Positions 12,969 to 25,866 are shown, numbered from the stretch's first letter. The stretch: DNA of 64,000 nucleotides from Coraliomargarita sp. (GCA_965216325.1 OZ244160.1:992001-1056000); one strand, 5' to 3'. Translations and numbers: made by a program. The notes: generated by a model not told the origin, from the sequence alone.

Positions 12969-14048
12969 TTATAAAGACCTGAGTCGGCTCAATACGTGGC
13001 GGGCAATTCGATGAAAGGCCTGCGCGGTTTCACAGTCCGGATCGCTGACCACGATGGGGATACCCTTGTCGCAGCCAATACGGAGATTCGGGTCGAGTGG
13101 GATTTGACCGAGCAGGTCGGTGTCCAGACTTTCTGCGGTATCTGCGCCGCCACCTTCGCCGAAGAGTACTTGGCGACTGCCGTCGGGGCCTTCCAAATAG
13201 CTCATATTCTCAGCGACCCCAAGCAAGGGCACGTTCACCTTTTCGAACATGCGTGCGCCGCGGCGCGCGACATTGGATGCAGCGGGTTGTGGTGTGGTGA
13301 CGACGACTGCGCCGTCGAGTGGAATGGTCTGCACCAAGGATAGCTGTGCGTCACCCGTGCCCGGTGGAAGGTCGACGACGAGGATTTCGAGTTCGCCCCA
13401 GTTCACATTTTGAGCAAACTGCTGGATGGTCTTCATGATCATTGGACCGCGCCACACGACGGGTGTGTCTTCATCGACCAAGAAGCCCATGGACATCGTG
13501 CTGACGCCGAAGTTCTGAATCGGAACGATCATGTCGTTTTCAAGCTCAGGGCGGCCGTTGGCGCCGAGCATGAGTGGGATGGATGGGCCGTAGATATCAC
13601 AATCCATGATGCCGACGCCCGGCTTGCCCTCGGATTCGAGAATCTGCTGAAGGGCACACGCGAGATTTGTGGTCACGGTGGACTTGCCGACGCCGCCCTT
13701 ACCGCTGGCGACTGCAATTGCGTATTTGACCTGTTGCATCGCAGGGCTGCCTGCGGGTGTGCTGTGGCCGTTGGCAGTGGAGGCGGGACTCGGCTGATTT
13801 TGCGGCTTGGAAATTTCCATACGGACCTTGACCTCGTCGATTCCTTCAAGTGCGCCAACGGTCTCCTTGATGTCAGCTGCGATTTTTTCGGGCACGCTTT
13901 CATCGGCTGTGGTGACTTCGACGCCAATCTGGGCTTCGCTGCCGTTGAGTTCGATTTCGCGCACGAGCCCGAAGGAGATGATGTCGCGGCTAAAACCTGG
14001 GAATTTCACGCCCTTGAGCGCTGCTTGGATACTTTCTTTGTCGGCCAT
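12969..14048 (-). CDS. mrp: Mrp/NBP35 (ApbC) P-loop ATPase, Fe-S cluster carrier family
   Basis: N-terminal DUF59-like domain, ASGKGGVGKST, DCDIYGPSIP, VVWRGPM, DLPPGTGDAQL, ENMS. Confidence 0.93.
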   Translation of the reverse strand: MADKESIQAALKGVKFPGFSRDIISFGLVREIELNGSEAQIGVEVTTADESVPEKIAADIKETVGALEGIDEVKVRMEISKPQNQPSPASTANGHSTPAGSPAMQQVKYAIAVASGKGGVGKSTVTTNLACALQQILESEGKPGVGIMDCDIYGPSIPLMLGANGRPELENDMIVPIQNFGVSTMSMGFLVDEDTPVVWRGPMIMKTIQQFAQNVNWGELEILVVDLPPGTGDAQLSLVQTIPLDGAVVVTTPQPAASNVARRGARMFEKVNVPLLGVAENMSYLEGPDGSRQVLFGEGGGADTAESLDTDLLGQIPLDPNLRIGCDKGIPIVVSDPDCETAQAFHRIARHVLSRLRSL

Positions 14049-14184
14049 ATTCAAAAATCTAAAGCGGCAACAGTGGAACTCTTATGCGCCGACACAATCT
14101 GAAACGGAAGAAATCGTCTAAATTTACCGAGGAATTGCAGATTAACGTTTGCGATTTCAGCTCGGCTCACACTATCAATTGCTC

Positions 14185-15375
14185 ATGCGTTACTTGCTTC
14201 CTCTTTTTGTTGTCCTTCTCTCTTTTACTGCCTGTTCGTCCGCGCTCGTTGCGCAAGGAACTGTGATCCTGCCGGACATTGTGGGCCAATCCGAAGGCCA
14301 TGTGACCATCGCGGTGGAGAGTTCTGATGCGACCATTCAAAAGACTGGCCAGCGAGCCTTTTCGCTGCATGGCGGGTGCACGGTAACCACTCCCGGCAAG
14401 GCCAATTTGATTCTGATCATCGAGCGTGCGTCCAGCTCATCGGTCAGCCTAACCTTAAAGCCCAAGAATGGCACGCCACAGACCCGTACGGTTCCTGGTC
14501 GAGATCTGCAGGACGCCGTGCTGCGTGCATGCGATTTGGTGGTGAAGTCTCAGTTCAAGACTCCTGGCTTTTTTGCGGGTAAGCTCGCATTCGTCGGCAA
14601 GCAGCGTGGCGTCTCCGAAATCTATAGCAGCAATATCCTCTTTGGTAATGTTCGCCCCTTGACTCGTGACCGTGCGCATGCGACGGGCCCAAGCTGGTCA
14701 CCCGATGGCTCGCAATTGCTATACACTACATACTATAAGACGGGGTATCCGGACATCTATAAGATCAATCTGAGCACCCGCTCGAAATCACCGATTGCGA
14801 CTTACAAGGGGACCAACACGGGTGGACGCTTTAGCCCGGATGGACGTCAGATCGCGATGGCACTGACGGCTACCGGTAATTCTGAGATCTGGGTCGCGGA
14901 CCGTAATGGCAAAAATCAAAAGCGTTTGACTAAGAACAAGAGTATTGAGGCCTCCCCGAGTTGGTCACCGGATGGTCGCCAATTGGTCTTCACTTCGGAC
15001 ACCCGGGGCAAGCCACAGCTCTACAAGATGTCGGCAAATGGCGGTTCGATGACGCGTGTGCCGACTAATGTCAGCGGCTATTGCGCGGAGCCTGCATGGA
15101 ATCCGGTCAATGCGAATCAAATCGCATTCACTGCAGCAGTGAGCGGTGGTTTTCAGGTCTTTGTCTATGACTCCGCGAAGGGGAGAAGTAAGCAGATCAC
15201 TAAAGGGCCCTCCGCGATCGAACCCTGCTGGTTGAGCGATGGTCGCCACATTGTTTATACGCAGCGACAAGGAGCAAAGACCCGTCTCATGATCGTAGAC
15301 ACCGACTCCGGTCAAACCAAGGCCTTGCATAATCCGAACTTCGGAGATGCTTCCTCGGCAAGTTTTGTATTATAA
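14185..15375 (+). CDS. tolB: TolB-like periplasmic beta-propeller protein
   Basis: Signal peptide; repeated PSWSPDG/FSPDG (PD40) blades; FTSDTRGKPQLY. Confidence 0.8.
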   Translation: MRYLLPLFVVLLSFTACSSALVAQGTVILPDIVGQSEGHVTIAVESSDATIQKTGQRAFSLHGGCTVTTPGKANLILIIERASSSSVSLTLKPKNGTPQTRTVPGRDLQDAVLRACDLVVKSQFKTPGFFAGKLAFVGKQRGVSEIYSSNILFGNVRPLTRDRAHATGPSWSPDGSQLLYTTYYKTGYPDIYKINLSTRSKSPIATYKGTNTGGRFSPDGRQIAMALTATGNSEIWVADRNGKNQKRLTKNKSIEASPSWSPDGRQLVFTSDTRGKPQLYKMSANGGSMTRVPTNVSGYCAEPAWNPVNANQIAFTAAVSGGFQVFVYDSAKGRSKQITKGPSAIEPCWLSDGRHIVYTQRQGAKTRLMIVDTDSGQTKALHNPNFGDASSASFVL

Positions 15376-15380
15376 TTTTG

Positions 15381-15450
15381 ACTACGAAAGGCACGAAAAA
15401 CGCGAAAATGTTGTTACTGTTCGTTTCGTGTTATTGGTGTCTTTCTTAGT
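15381..15450. repeat. 9-nt periodic element (CACGAAA-type) with degenerate inverted half
   Basis: CGAAA at 15385, 15394 and 15403, followed by TTCGTTTCGTG...; related array at 29586-29612. Confidence 0.55.
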
Positions 15451-15465
15451 ATAATAAACACTCTG

Positions 15466-16653
15466 ATGTCACAAAACCAAGTGCAGGAGATTCAAGGGCT
15501 CTACGGCCCGTTTACGTTGACGGAGCGTGTGGTCCAAAAAATTTGGCTGAGGCAGGATTTTGAGACTGGGTGCCTGCAGACCGCATCCGGGAAGACTTTA
15601 CAGGTTATGGATCCCGGGCGATGGAATTTGCTAGGCGGACCTGATTTTAAGGATGCGCGATTGGCTATCGATGGGCGTGAACTGTGTGGTGATGTGGAGA
15701 TCCATTTCACGACGGCTGACTGGTATGCACATCAGCATGAGCGCAACCCAGAGTTTGATCGGGTGGTTTTGCATGTCGTGTTGCATCCAGAACAGGGCCA
15801 AGCTATGCAGGTAGTCACTAGTCAAGGTGTCGAGCCGGAATTGCTTTGCCTGATGCCGCTACTGAACCGAGACTTGGAAGCCTATGCAATGGACGATGCG
15901 CTTCTGGAACTGGAGCAGGTTGATGAGCTCGAGTGGGTTGCCAAATTCTTAGATCAGGGCGCCGAACTGCAGGGCAAACAGGTGACCGCAAGCGCTGAGG
16001 CACGTTGGCAGCAAAAACTAGTCTATGCCCAAAAGCGCCTAGATCAGACGGGCTGGAAAGAGGCTGCACATCAGCTGTGTCTGGAAGTCCTCGGTTATGC
16101 GCGCAATCGAGAAACGATGAGTCGTCTGGCTTTGGCGTGCCCTTTGTCCGATTGGACGAGCGGGGCAGTTGATCCACTGCAGTGTTTTGATCACTTCGCA
16201 AACAACTGGAAGCTTGGAGGTATTCGTCCGGCCAATCATCCGAAGCGCAGATTACAGCAGTATGCTAAGGTAACGGCAGCTCATGGCGATTGGACGAAGA
16301 CGATGTTGCTTACCTTGAGAACCTTGCCTGCTGCAGAGCCGGAGCTGAGCACGGCTGAGTTTCGCAAAGCGGCGGGAATGAGTCGATTGCGGGATTCGCT
16401 ACGTAATGGTCTTTTTATTGGCGAACTGGGTGAGAAGCGCTTCAATACGCTGATGGTCGATGCGCTGTTGCCGCTGGCACATGCGGCAGGCCTCTTGGAT
16501 GCGAAAGGCTATTGGATGCATTGGCCGATGGGCGATATGCCGGTTTCGCTGAACCGATTCTTGAAGCACGCTCAGCTTGTTTCAACACAACAGCCTGTGT
16601 GCAATGGGCTCGCTCAAGGTGCTCTGGCGCTGTTTATGTCGGGCGGGAAATAA
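15466..16653 (+). CDS. DUF2851 family protein
   Basis: PGRWN..GGPDF, GDVEIH, DWYAHQH, VVLHVV, RPANHPKRRL. Confidence 0.85.
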   Translation: MSQNQVQEIQGLYGPFTLTERVVQKIWLRQDFETGCLQTASGKTLQVMDPGRWNLLGGPDFKDARLAIDGRELCGDVEIHFTTADWYAHQHERNPEFDRVVLHVVLHPEQGQAMQVVTSQGVEPELLCLMPLLNRDLEAYAMDDALLELEQVDELEWVAKFLDQGAELQGKQVTASAEARWQQKLVYAQKRLDQTGWKEAAHQLCLEVLGYARNRETMSRLALACPLSDWTSGAVDPLQCFDHFANNWKLGGIRPANHPKRRLQQYAKVTAAHGDWTKTMLLTLRTLPAAEPELSTAEFRKAAGMSRLRDSLRNGLFIGELGEKRFNTLMVDALLPLAHAAGLLDAKGYWMHWPMGDMPVSLNRFLKHAQLVSTQQPVCNGLAQGALALFMSGGK

Positions 16654-16691
16654 TTCGACAAACGTTTACTAACCAATAAAAAAATAGACTT

Positions 16692-17396
16692 ATGTTCCAA
16701 CAAGAATACTCAGTTCGTTCCATGGCAGATGCCACTCCGGATAAGCGCGCGCAGTTTATCCGGCGCACTTATGCGCATCTTGCACTGGCATTGCTCGCGT
16801 TTTTGGGATTCGAGACTCTGCTTCTACAATCCGAATTTGCCGTTGGTCTAGCGCTTAAGGTCGTAAGTTCTTCATTTGGCTGGATTGCAGTCTTGGGAGC
16901 GATGATGATTGTTGGACGGATGGCATCTGGACTAGCTCATTCTACAAGTAAGCAAATACAATATGTGGGATTGGCTTTGTATGCCTTTGTCGAAGCCTGT
17001 ATTTTTCTGCCACTTATTCTGATTGCGCTGAGTATTGCAGGTGATTCGAGTTTGTTGATTCAAGCGGCAGTGATGACTGGCCTTTTATTTACTGGGCTGA
17101 CCGCGACTGTTTTTATTACTCGCACTGATTTTTCCTTTTTCAGATCAGCATTGACTGTTGGCTTCGCTGTCGCCCTTGGGCTGATTCTCTGTTCCATCTT
17201 ATTCGGCTTCACCCTAGGTTGGATATTCTCTGCAGCGATGATCGTGTTTGCCGCGGGAGCAATTCTCTACACGACTTCGAATATACTTCATCACTATCAA
17301 GAGGATCAGTATGTTGGGGCTTCGTTGGAACTCTTCTCATCCGTTGCTTTGATGCTTTGGTATATCTTGCATTTGCTGATTTCGCTGCGCGACTAA
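16692..17396 (+). CDS. Bax inhibitor-1/YccA family membrane protein
   Basis: RAQFIRRTYAHL, about 7 TM segments, TRTDFSF, ILYTTSNI, ASLELFSSV. Confidence 0.9.
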   Translation: MFQQEYSVRSMADATPDKRAQFIRRTYAHLALALLAFLGFETLLLQSEFAVGLALKVVSSSFGWIAVLGAMMIVGRMASGLAHSTSKQIQYVGLALYAFVEACIFLPLILIALSIAGDSSLLIQAAVMTGLLFTGLTATVFITRTDFSFFRSALTVGFAVALGLILCSILFGFTLGWIFSAAMIVFAAGAILYTTSNILHHYQEDQYVGASLELFSSVALMLWYILHLLISLRD

Positions 17397-17404
17397 TTTT
17401 CCCG

Positions 17405-17437
17405 AAAGGCCGAAGGGTTGACCTTCGGCCTTTTTTT
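17405..17437 (+). terminator. Rho-independent terminator
   Basis: AAAGGCCGAAGG-GTTGA-CCTTCGGCC-TTTTTTT. Confidence 0.9.
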
Positions 17438-17458
17438 GCGCTTTGTTAGATCCCGTAA

Positions 17459-18061
17459 ATGGCTGGTTTTGATGAAAATATCGTCCGCGAGTATTTCGAA
17501 CTGAATGGTTTCTTTGTCCGTCAGTTACGCAAGTATGCGGTGCAATCGCGCAAGAAGCGCGCCGATGAGGAAATCGACTTGGTGGTGTATAATCCGCAAG
17601 CCCCTGCGGAGGCACAGGATCGTGGTTTTCAGTTGTTCTCCTCGGATATGGCGAAGATTCGCCGTGCCATTGTCGTCGTGAAAGGTTGGCACACTTCGCG
17701 TTTTTCACCGGCGACCCTCAAGAGCAGTAGCAAGGTCTTTGATTTCTTGAAGAAGGACGTGCTCAACAAGGCGGAAGACTATTTCAATTTGGATGGTTCC
17801 GATGTGGAGTTGGACGATGGCGGCTTCGCCAAGATTCTGGTGCTGCCGGGGCTTCCGACCGCTGAGCCACAGCGCTCGGAGAGTATTGAGCTACTCAAGG
17901 AGCGAGGCGTCGATGGGATCATCGCCTTTAGCACGATTTTGGAAAACCTCCTTCGCAATGTGGAGGTGAACCATAGCTACCAGAAGTCAGACCTCCTGCA
18001 GTTGATGCGAATTCTGAAAATCTACGACATGGTCAAAGAGCCACAGATGAATCTGTTTTAA
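17459..18061 (+). CDS. Hypothetical protein, PD-(D/E)XK nuclease-like fold, with C-terminal beta-clamp motif
   Basis: ENIVREYFELNGFFV ... EIDLVV ... IVVVK; ends in QMNLF. Confidence 0.6.
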   Translation: MAGFDENIVREYFELNGFFVRQLRKYAVQSRKKRADEEIDLVVYNPQAPAEAQDRGFQLFSSDMAKIRRAIVVVKGWHTSRFSPATLKSSSKVFDFLKKDVLNKAEDYFNLDGSDVELDDGGFAKILVLPGLPTAEPQRSESIELLKERGVDGIIAFSTILENLLRNVEVNHSYQKSDLLQLMRILKIYDMVKEPQMNLF

Positions 18062-18071
18062 ACTGAGGTCT

Positions 18072-18134
18072 GTAGGGCTCGTGCTTGCACGACGCCAATC
18101 GAGTGTAGAGGCATTCTGCAAGCAGAAGCCCTAC
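18072..18134. repeat. GTAG-type REPIN-like element, family C
   Basis: GTAGGGCTCGTGCTTGCACGA ... TTCTGCAAGCAGAAGCCCTAC, between convergent genes. Confidence 0.8.
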
Positions 18135-18156
18135 CAGGCATTGGAAATACGCTCTC

Positions 18157-20232
<2,076 letters not shown>

Positions 20233-20519
20233 TCAGTCGAAATTGGAAATGTGAAATTCGTGTGGGTAGTGAATGGCAGGAAGGCAAATTCCATCCATGG
20301 ATCAAGGCCTATGTGCCCGAAAGGCTGAAAATCCTCTCATTTGTTCTCGGCGGAAGCCTGCGTCAAATAGCAGTAGGGCTTTGGTGTTCAATTAGTTGCG
20401 TTGATGATTTTGGCCGCTACGCATCGGCCCTGCGGACGATCTCAAAAAAAATTGTATTTCTTGGCCACTAACGGTCCTTTTTACTTACCATTTGAGGAAA
20501 TAAATACTAGTCTTCATTC

Positions 20520-22340
20520 ATGACTACTACACAAACCATCCCTACCTTTAGCTCACCCAAGACGAATCACACTGCGCTGCTCAAATGGATCGAGAAAATG
20601 GTGATTCTTTGTGAGCCCGACGCCGTCCATTGGTGTGATGGCTCACAGGAAGAAGCCGATCAACTGTTTGCCCTGATGATTGACAAGGGCATGTGCGTGA
20701 AGCTCAACGAAAAGCTCCGCCCGAATAGTTATTTGTTCCGTTCGGACCCAAATGATGTGGCTCGGGTCGAATCCAAGACCTTCATCTGTTCGCAGAATAA
20801 AGACGGTGCCGGCCCAACCAACAATTGGGAAGAGCCGCGGAAAATGCGCCGTAAGATGAAGCGCTTGTTTAAGGGCTGTATGCACGGACGTACGATGTAT
20901 GTGATTCCGTTCAGTATGGGGCCTGTCGGCGGGCCGATCTCGAAGGTCGGTGTCGAATTGACGGACTCACCTTATGTTGTGGTGAACATGCGGATCATGG
21001 CGCGCATCGGTGATCCGGTGTTGGATGTGCTGGGTAAGGACGGGTTCTTTGTGCCTTGCTTACACTCCGTCGGTTGCCCCTTGGATGAAGGTGTCGAGGA
21101 TGTGCCTTGGCCCTGCGATCCGGATAACACGCATATCGTTCACTTTCCGGAGGAGCGCACGATCGTTTCGTATGGATCGGGTTACGGAGGCAATGCCTTG
21201 CTGGGTAAAAAGTGTTTGGCCTTGCGTATCGCGTCGACATTGGCCCGCGACGAAGGCTGGATGGCCGAGCACATGCTGATTCTCGGCGTGGAGGAGCCGG
21301 ATGGTCGCAAAACCTATGTTACGGCAGCCTTCCCAAGTGCCTGCGGCAAAACGAATTTCGCAATGGTCATTCCTCCCAAGGAAATGGAGGGCTATAAAGT
21401 TACCTGCGTCGGCGATGACATTGCTTGGATCAAACCCGGACCGGACGGCTGTCTGTATGCCATCAATCCTGAGGCTGGGTTCTTTGGTGTCGCTCCCGGG
21501 ACCTCTTACCAGACCAATCCAAGTGCAATGGATTCCTGTGCAAAGGATTCAATTTTCACCAATGTGGCGCTTACGGACGAGGGCGATGTCTGGTGGGAAG
21601 GTATGACCGATGAAGCACCGACTCACTTGATTGACTGGAAGGGCAACGACTGGACTCCGGAGAGTGAGACGCCGTCCTCTCACCCGAACAGCCGCTTTAC
21701 CGCGCCGGCTGCGAACTGCCCCGTGATCGACCCTGATTGGGAAAAACCCGAGGGTGTGCGCATCCACGCCATGGTCTTCGGTGGACGCCGCATGAGCGAT
21801 GTGCCTTTGGTGACACAAGCTTTCAACTGGGGACACGGCGTCTATCTCGGCGCAACCACGGGTTCCGAAATGACTGCCGCCGCCGAGGGTACCATGGGCG
21901 CACTTCGTCGTGATCCGATGGCGATGTTGCCATTCTGTGGCTACCACATGGCCGACTACTTCCGCCACTGGATTAAGATGCAGCGCAAGCTCAAAGAGAC
22001 ACCGCGCATCTTTAACGTGAATTGGTTCCGTAAAGACGCAGAGGGCAATTGGCTGTGGCCGGGATTCGGTGAAAATATGCGTCCACTCAAATGGATCGTT
22101 GAGCGTGCGACTGGTCGCGCCAGTGGTAAAGAGACACCGATTGGTTGGATGCCACGCTATCAGGATCTCGATTGGCGTGGCCTGGACATGAGTGAAGACG
22201 ATTTCGAGAAGCTCATGCACATCGACCGTGAGCGTCTGCGCATGCAAACACTCCAACACGAAGAACTCTTCCTGAAGTTGCACTCGCACTTACCGAAGGA
22301 AATGATCTTCGAGCGCGAGTTGTTGATTTCGCGACTGTAG
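20520..22340 (+). CDS. pckG: Phosphoenolpyruvate carboxykinase (GTP)
   Basis: [62 protein letters not shown]. Confidence 0.97.
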   Translation: MTTTQTIPTFSSPKTNHTALLKWIEKMVILCEPDAVHWCDGSQEEADQLFALMIDKGMCVKLNEKLRPNSYLFRSDPNDVARVESKTFICSQNKDGAGPTNNWEEPRKMRRKMKRLFKGCMHGRTMYVIPFSMGPVGGPISKVGVELTDSPYVVVNMRIMARIGDPVLDVLGKDGFFVPCLHSVGCPLDEGVEDVPWPCDPDNTHIVHFPEERTIVSYGSGYGGNALLGKKCLALRIASTLARDEGWMAEHMLILGVEEPDGRKTYVTAAFPSACGKTNFAMVIPPKEMEGYKVTCVGDDIAWIKPGPDGCLYAINPEAGFFGVAPGTSYQTNPSAMDSCAKDSIFTNVALTDEGDVWWEGMTDEAPTHLIDWKGNDWTPESETPSSHPNSRFTAPAANCPVIDPDWEKPEGVRIHAMVFGGRRMSDVPLVTQAFNWGHGVYLGATTGSEMTAAAEGTMGALRRDPMAMLPFCGYHMADYFRHWIKMQRKLKETPRIFNVNWFRKDAEGNWLWPGFGENMRPLKWIVERATGRASGKETPIGWMPRYQDLDWRGLDMSEDDFEKLMHIDRERLRMQTLQHEELFLKLHSHLPKEMIFERELLISRL

Positions 22341-22383
22341 CGGCGAACCTACGTTGGCACGGGAAAATATCCTAACACATTGT

Positions 22384-22426
22384 GCCTCTCGGCTTGTCTT
22401 TTATGACTAAGCCGAGAGGCTTCTTT
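22384..22426 (+). terminator. Probable terminator hairpin after pckG
   Basis: GCCTCTCGGCTT...AAGCCGAGAGGC-TTCTTT. Confidence 0.65.
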
Positions 22427-22430
22427 GACT

Positions 22431-23219
22431 ATGCGACTACCAGCTTTACTCTCTTTTTTGATCGTATTTGCGACCGCCTGCACGACGGTTCCACACACAG
22501 GTCGTTCGGCATTGCATCTAGTGCCAGAAAGCGAACTCGAATCTCAGGCTGCCTTGCAATTTAACCAACTCAAGCAAGAGACGCCTATTTCGACCGACCC
22601 AACGTATAACGCGATGCTGCGTCGCGTGGGCGAACGCATTGCAGATGTTGCTGCGCCGGATATGCCGACTGCGAATCCGGACTGGGAGTTTGTGGTGTTT
22701 GATGATGATTCGCAACTCAACGCCTTTGCGATGCCGGGTGGCAAGGTCGCGGTGTATACGGGAATTTTTCGCATCGCGAAAACGGATGATGACCTTGCAG
22801 TTGTCGTTGGCCACGAGATTGCACACGTGGTGGCACGACACGGTAATGAGCGTGTTTCCCAGCAAATCGCGGCTGGCGTGATTGGCGCAGGGCTAGCGGT
22901 TGGCACCCATGACATGGATAGCGGCGAGCGTGCTGCTATTTTGGCGGCCTACGGTGCGGGAGCGTCCCTTGGTGTGCTCTTGCCCTATAGCCGCACCCAT
23001 GAGACCGAGGCGGACCGCATCGGCTTGATCTATTCAGCGAAGGCTGGCTATAATCCGATGGCCGCAATTGAATTTTGGGAACTTATGGAAGCTGAGAGTA
23101 GTGGAGGTGCTCCACCAGAGTTTCTGTCCACGCACCCGGCGGGCACTACACGCATCAATAATATCAAACGCCAGTTACCCGAGGTCATGCCGCTCTACCG
23201 TGAAGCGCGCAATCGCTAG
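22431..23219 (+). CDS. M48 family Zn metallopeptidase lipoprotein
   Basis: Lipobox ATAC, NAFAMPGGK, GHEIAH, YSRTHETEAD, FLSTHP. Confidence 0.93.
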   Translation: MRLPALLSFLIVFATACTTVPHTGRSALHLVPESELESQAALQFNQLKQETPISTDPTYNAMLRRVGERIADVAAPDMPTANPDWEFVVFDDDSQLNAFAMPGGKVAVYTGIFRIAKTDDDLAVVVGHEIAHVVARHGNERVSQQIAAGVIGAGLAVGTHDMDSGERAAILAAYGAGASLGVLLPYSRTHETEADRIGLIYSAKAGYNPMAAIEFWELMEAESSGGAPPEFLSTHPAGTTRINNIKRQLPEVMPLYREARNR

Positions 23220-23273
23220 TAGTGACGTAATACGGTTGCCAATCGGTGGATTCTCCTGCCTGTAGTGTGCGCA

Positions 23274-24647
23274 ATGATCGATCCTGTCGAAACCCTCAAA
23301 GAATACATCCGTCACGCATCCGTTTCTACGGATCCAGTTTACGCCGAAGGCATGCAGGGCGCACGCGATTACGCGACTGGCCTGCTTGAGACGCTGGGGT
23401 TCCAAGTTGATCTCGTCGAAACCGAGTTGCACCCCATCATTCTCGCCGAGCGCTTTGGCAATCCAGACTGGCCGCATATCGCTATCTATGGCCACTATGA
23501 TGTGCAGCCTGCGGACCCCTTTGAGGAATGGACCTCTGAGGCCTTCGAACCGGAAGTGCGTGGCACGCGACTCTATGGTCGTGGCACCGCTGATAACAAG
23601 GGCCCGACAATTGTTCACATGGCCGCGCTGTCACGTGTGTTGGAAGCACACCCGGATCTTCCGCTGAATCTGACCTACGTTATTGAGGGGGAAGAGGAGA
23701 TTGGCAGCCCAAGTATGCCAAAGTTCTTCGATCAATATGCGGAGCGTCTCTCTAAGGCGGATTTTATTTTGGTATCGGACACCGGCAGCCCAAACACCGA
23801 GCAGATCGTGGTGACCACTGCACTGCGTGGTTTGGTCGACATGGAACTTACCGTGCGTGGCCCGAAGGTCGATTTGCACTCCGGGATTCATGGCGGCGCG
23901 GTGTATAACCCACTTCAAGCGCTGATGGAGATCGGCGCCTCACTGCACAATGCCGATGGCAGCGTGAATGTGCCAGGCTTCTATGATGACGTTTTGCCGG
24001 TCTACGACTGGGAACGTGAGGAATTGAAACGTTACCCCGAATCCGAGGAAAGCTATCGCGAACTGATTGGCGTGCCGGGCTTCATGCCGGCCAATGGTCT
24101 CTCACCTCTCGAGGCGGTGCGTTTTGGCCCTACGTTGGAATTCAACGGCATTGGTGGCGGTTACCAAGGAGAGGGCAGCAAGACGGTGATTCCGCGCGAA
24201 GCCTTTGCCAAGATTACCTGCCGCATGGTGGCCAATCAGGACCCCCAGATGATTCAGGATCAGATTGTCGCCGCGATTGAGGCACGAGCGCCGAAAGGTG
24301 TAACCGTTGAAATTCGCCGTGGTCCCGTCGCACCGGCCTATTTGGTGGTTCCGCCGAGCCGTCCAAACACGCCTGCGGATCAACCGGCTTCCTTGGCGCG
24401 CGCGTTTGAATCGGTCGACGCTTCGATCGCGCAAAACTTTGGCAAAGCCCCGATCTATCTCCGTGAGGGCGGCAGTATCCCAGTGATTGCTGACTTCAAG
24501 AAGCGGGCAGGATTGGATGCGCTAATGGTCGGTCTCTTTACGCCAGTTGACAATTTGCACGCACCCGACGAGAGCTTCGACTTGAAGCTCATGGAAAACG
24601 CCATTGCGACCTTTGAGCAGTTCTTCAAGGATCTCGCCCAAGTGTAA
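23274..24647 (+). CDS. M20 family dipeptidase/metallohydrolase
   Basis: YGHYDVQP, GRGTADNKG, EGEEEIGS, DLHSG, GGSIP, NLHAPDE. Confidence 0.93.
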   Translation: MIDPVETLKEYIRHASVSTDPVYAEGMQGARDYATGLLETLGFQVDLVETELHPIILAERFGNPDWPHIAIYGHYDVQPADPFEEWTSEAFEPEVRGTRLYGRGTADNKGPTIVHMAALSRVLEAHPDLPLNLTYVIEGEEEIGSPSMPKFFDQYAERLSKADFILVSDTGSPNTEQIVVTTALRGLVDMELTVRGPKVDLHSGIHGGAVYNPLQALMEIGASLHNADGSVNVPGFYDDVLPVYDWEREELKRYPESEESYRELIGVPGFMPANGLSPLEAVRFGPTLEFNGIGGGYQGEGSKTVIPREAFAKITCRMVANQDPQMIQDQIVAAIEARAPKGVTVEIRRGPVAPAYLVVPPSRPNTPADQPASLARAFESVDASIAQNFGKAPIYLREGGSIPVIADFKKRAGLDALMVGLFTPVDNLHAPDESFDLKLMENAIATFEQFFKDLAQV

Positions 24648-24669
24648 TCAACCCTAATTTCGCAGTCCC

Positions 24670-25335
24670 ATGCCCAGCGCTACCGTCGAAGATTATATTA
24701 AGCACATCTACGTTGTTGCTGAGAAATCCAATTCCAGCGAGGTCCCGATGGGGCGTATCGCAGAGGCCTTGGATGTGGTGCCCGGCACGGCGACGACAAT
24801 GGTTAAAGCCCTATCGGATGCGGGATTGGTCAATTACGTGCCACGCGTTGGCGTTGAGCTGACGGAGCCCGGGCGCAAGTTGGCACTTCATGTCTTACGT
24901 CGTCACCGGCTAATTGAGCAGTTCCTCGTCGAAGTGCTCGGTTTCGACTGGTCGGAGGTGCATGACGAGGCCGAGCAACTCGAGCACGTCGTCTCCGACT
25001 TACTTTTGGAGCGAATCGACAAATATCTAGGTCACCCCACAGAAGATCCACACGGCGACCCGATTCCATCAGCTGCCGGTGAGATGAATCAACGCAGCGT
25101 GGAGAGTTTGGCCGAATGTCCACTGAATGAGCCCCTGACTGTCGCGCGTATCAGCGATCAGGATACCGACTTTTTGCAATACATTGCTCGCAAGGGACTC
25201 AATTTGGGCGTCTCCGTGCAAGTGGACGAGCGCAACAAGAGCGCGGAGTCGGTCGAAGTTACGGTCGGCGAGGGGGACTCAGCTAAGACACTGGTCTTGG
25301 GGCTTGGCGCAGCAGCGAAGGTTTGGGTGAGCTAG
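24670..25335 (+). CDS. DtxR/MntR family metal-dependent transcriptional regulator with FeoA-like domain
   Basis: EDYIKHIY, RRHRLIEQFL, VHDEAEQLEH, DPHGDPIP. Confidence 0.94.
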   Translation: MPSATVEDYIKHIYVVAEKSNSSEVPMGRIAEALDVVPGTATTMVKALSDAGLVNYVPRVGVELTEPGRKLALHVLRRHRLIEQFLVEVLGFDWSEVHDEAEQLEHVVSDLLLERIDKYLGHPTEDPHGDPIPSAAGEMNQRSVESLAECPLNEPLTVARISDQDTDFLQYIARKGLNLGVSVQVDERNKSAESVEVTVGEGDSAKTLVLGLGAAAKVWVS

Positions 25336-25401
25336 GGGTCGATATCCTTATCGAACCGCTCATCAATAGCCTTTCGGCGCGTTAAGGATAACGCGCCCTA
25401 C
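25333..25401. repeat. GTAG-type REP/REPIN element, family A copy 2
   Basis: TAGGGGTCGATATCCTTATCGA ... GCGCGTTAAGGATAACGCGCCCTAC. Confidence 0.85.
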
Positions 25402-25416
25402 CTTTAGGGCGTCGCC

Positions 25417-25866
25417 TTATTCCGACTCGTCGGTCGGGATTGCATTATCCACGGGCACTGCAATGACCGGCGTCTTGGTTTTCACCCAGACATTTTGCTC
25501 CTTCAGGATCTTTGCACTGACGGCTTCGCAGGCCTCACCGATGGTTTGCACTGGCATGCGGCGGCCCTTCGGGGTGGTGTTGAATTCGTAGGCTGCTGCG
25601 ATGACCTTCTGTGGCGCAGTCATCATATTGTCCTCTTCTGGAATCTGTAGCACCCAGCCAGTAATGTCCTTGTCCGCAAGTGCACCCTCGGCATCGGAAA
25701 GCATGACGACGAATTGCTTCTTCACCGGAGGCGGGCGATTGGCCTTTTCCTCTTCTTCAGCCTGCAGCTCCATTTTCACGTCATTCATGATCTCGTTGAT
25801 CTTACGAATGTCGGTCTCGTTGCGTTGCAGGATGAATTTAAGCGTTTCGACGTCGATTTTGGGCAT
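25417..25866 (-). CDS. Hypothetical protein
   Basis: 149 aa ORF with protein-like composition; no family recognised. Confidence 0.75.
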   Translation of the reverse strand: MPKIDVETLKFILQRNETDIRKINEIMNDVKMELQAEEEEKANRPPPVKKQFVVMLSDAEGALADKDITGWVLQIPEEDNMMTAPQKVIAAAYEFNTTPKGRRMPVQTIGEACEAVSAKILKEQNVWVKTKTPVIAVPVDNAIPTDESE

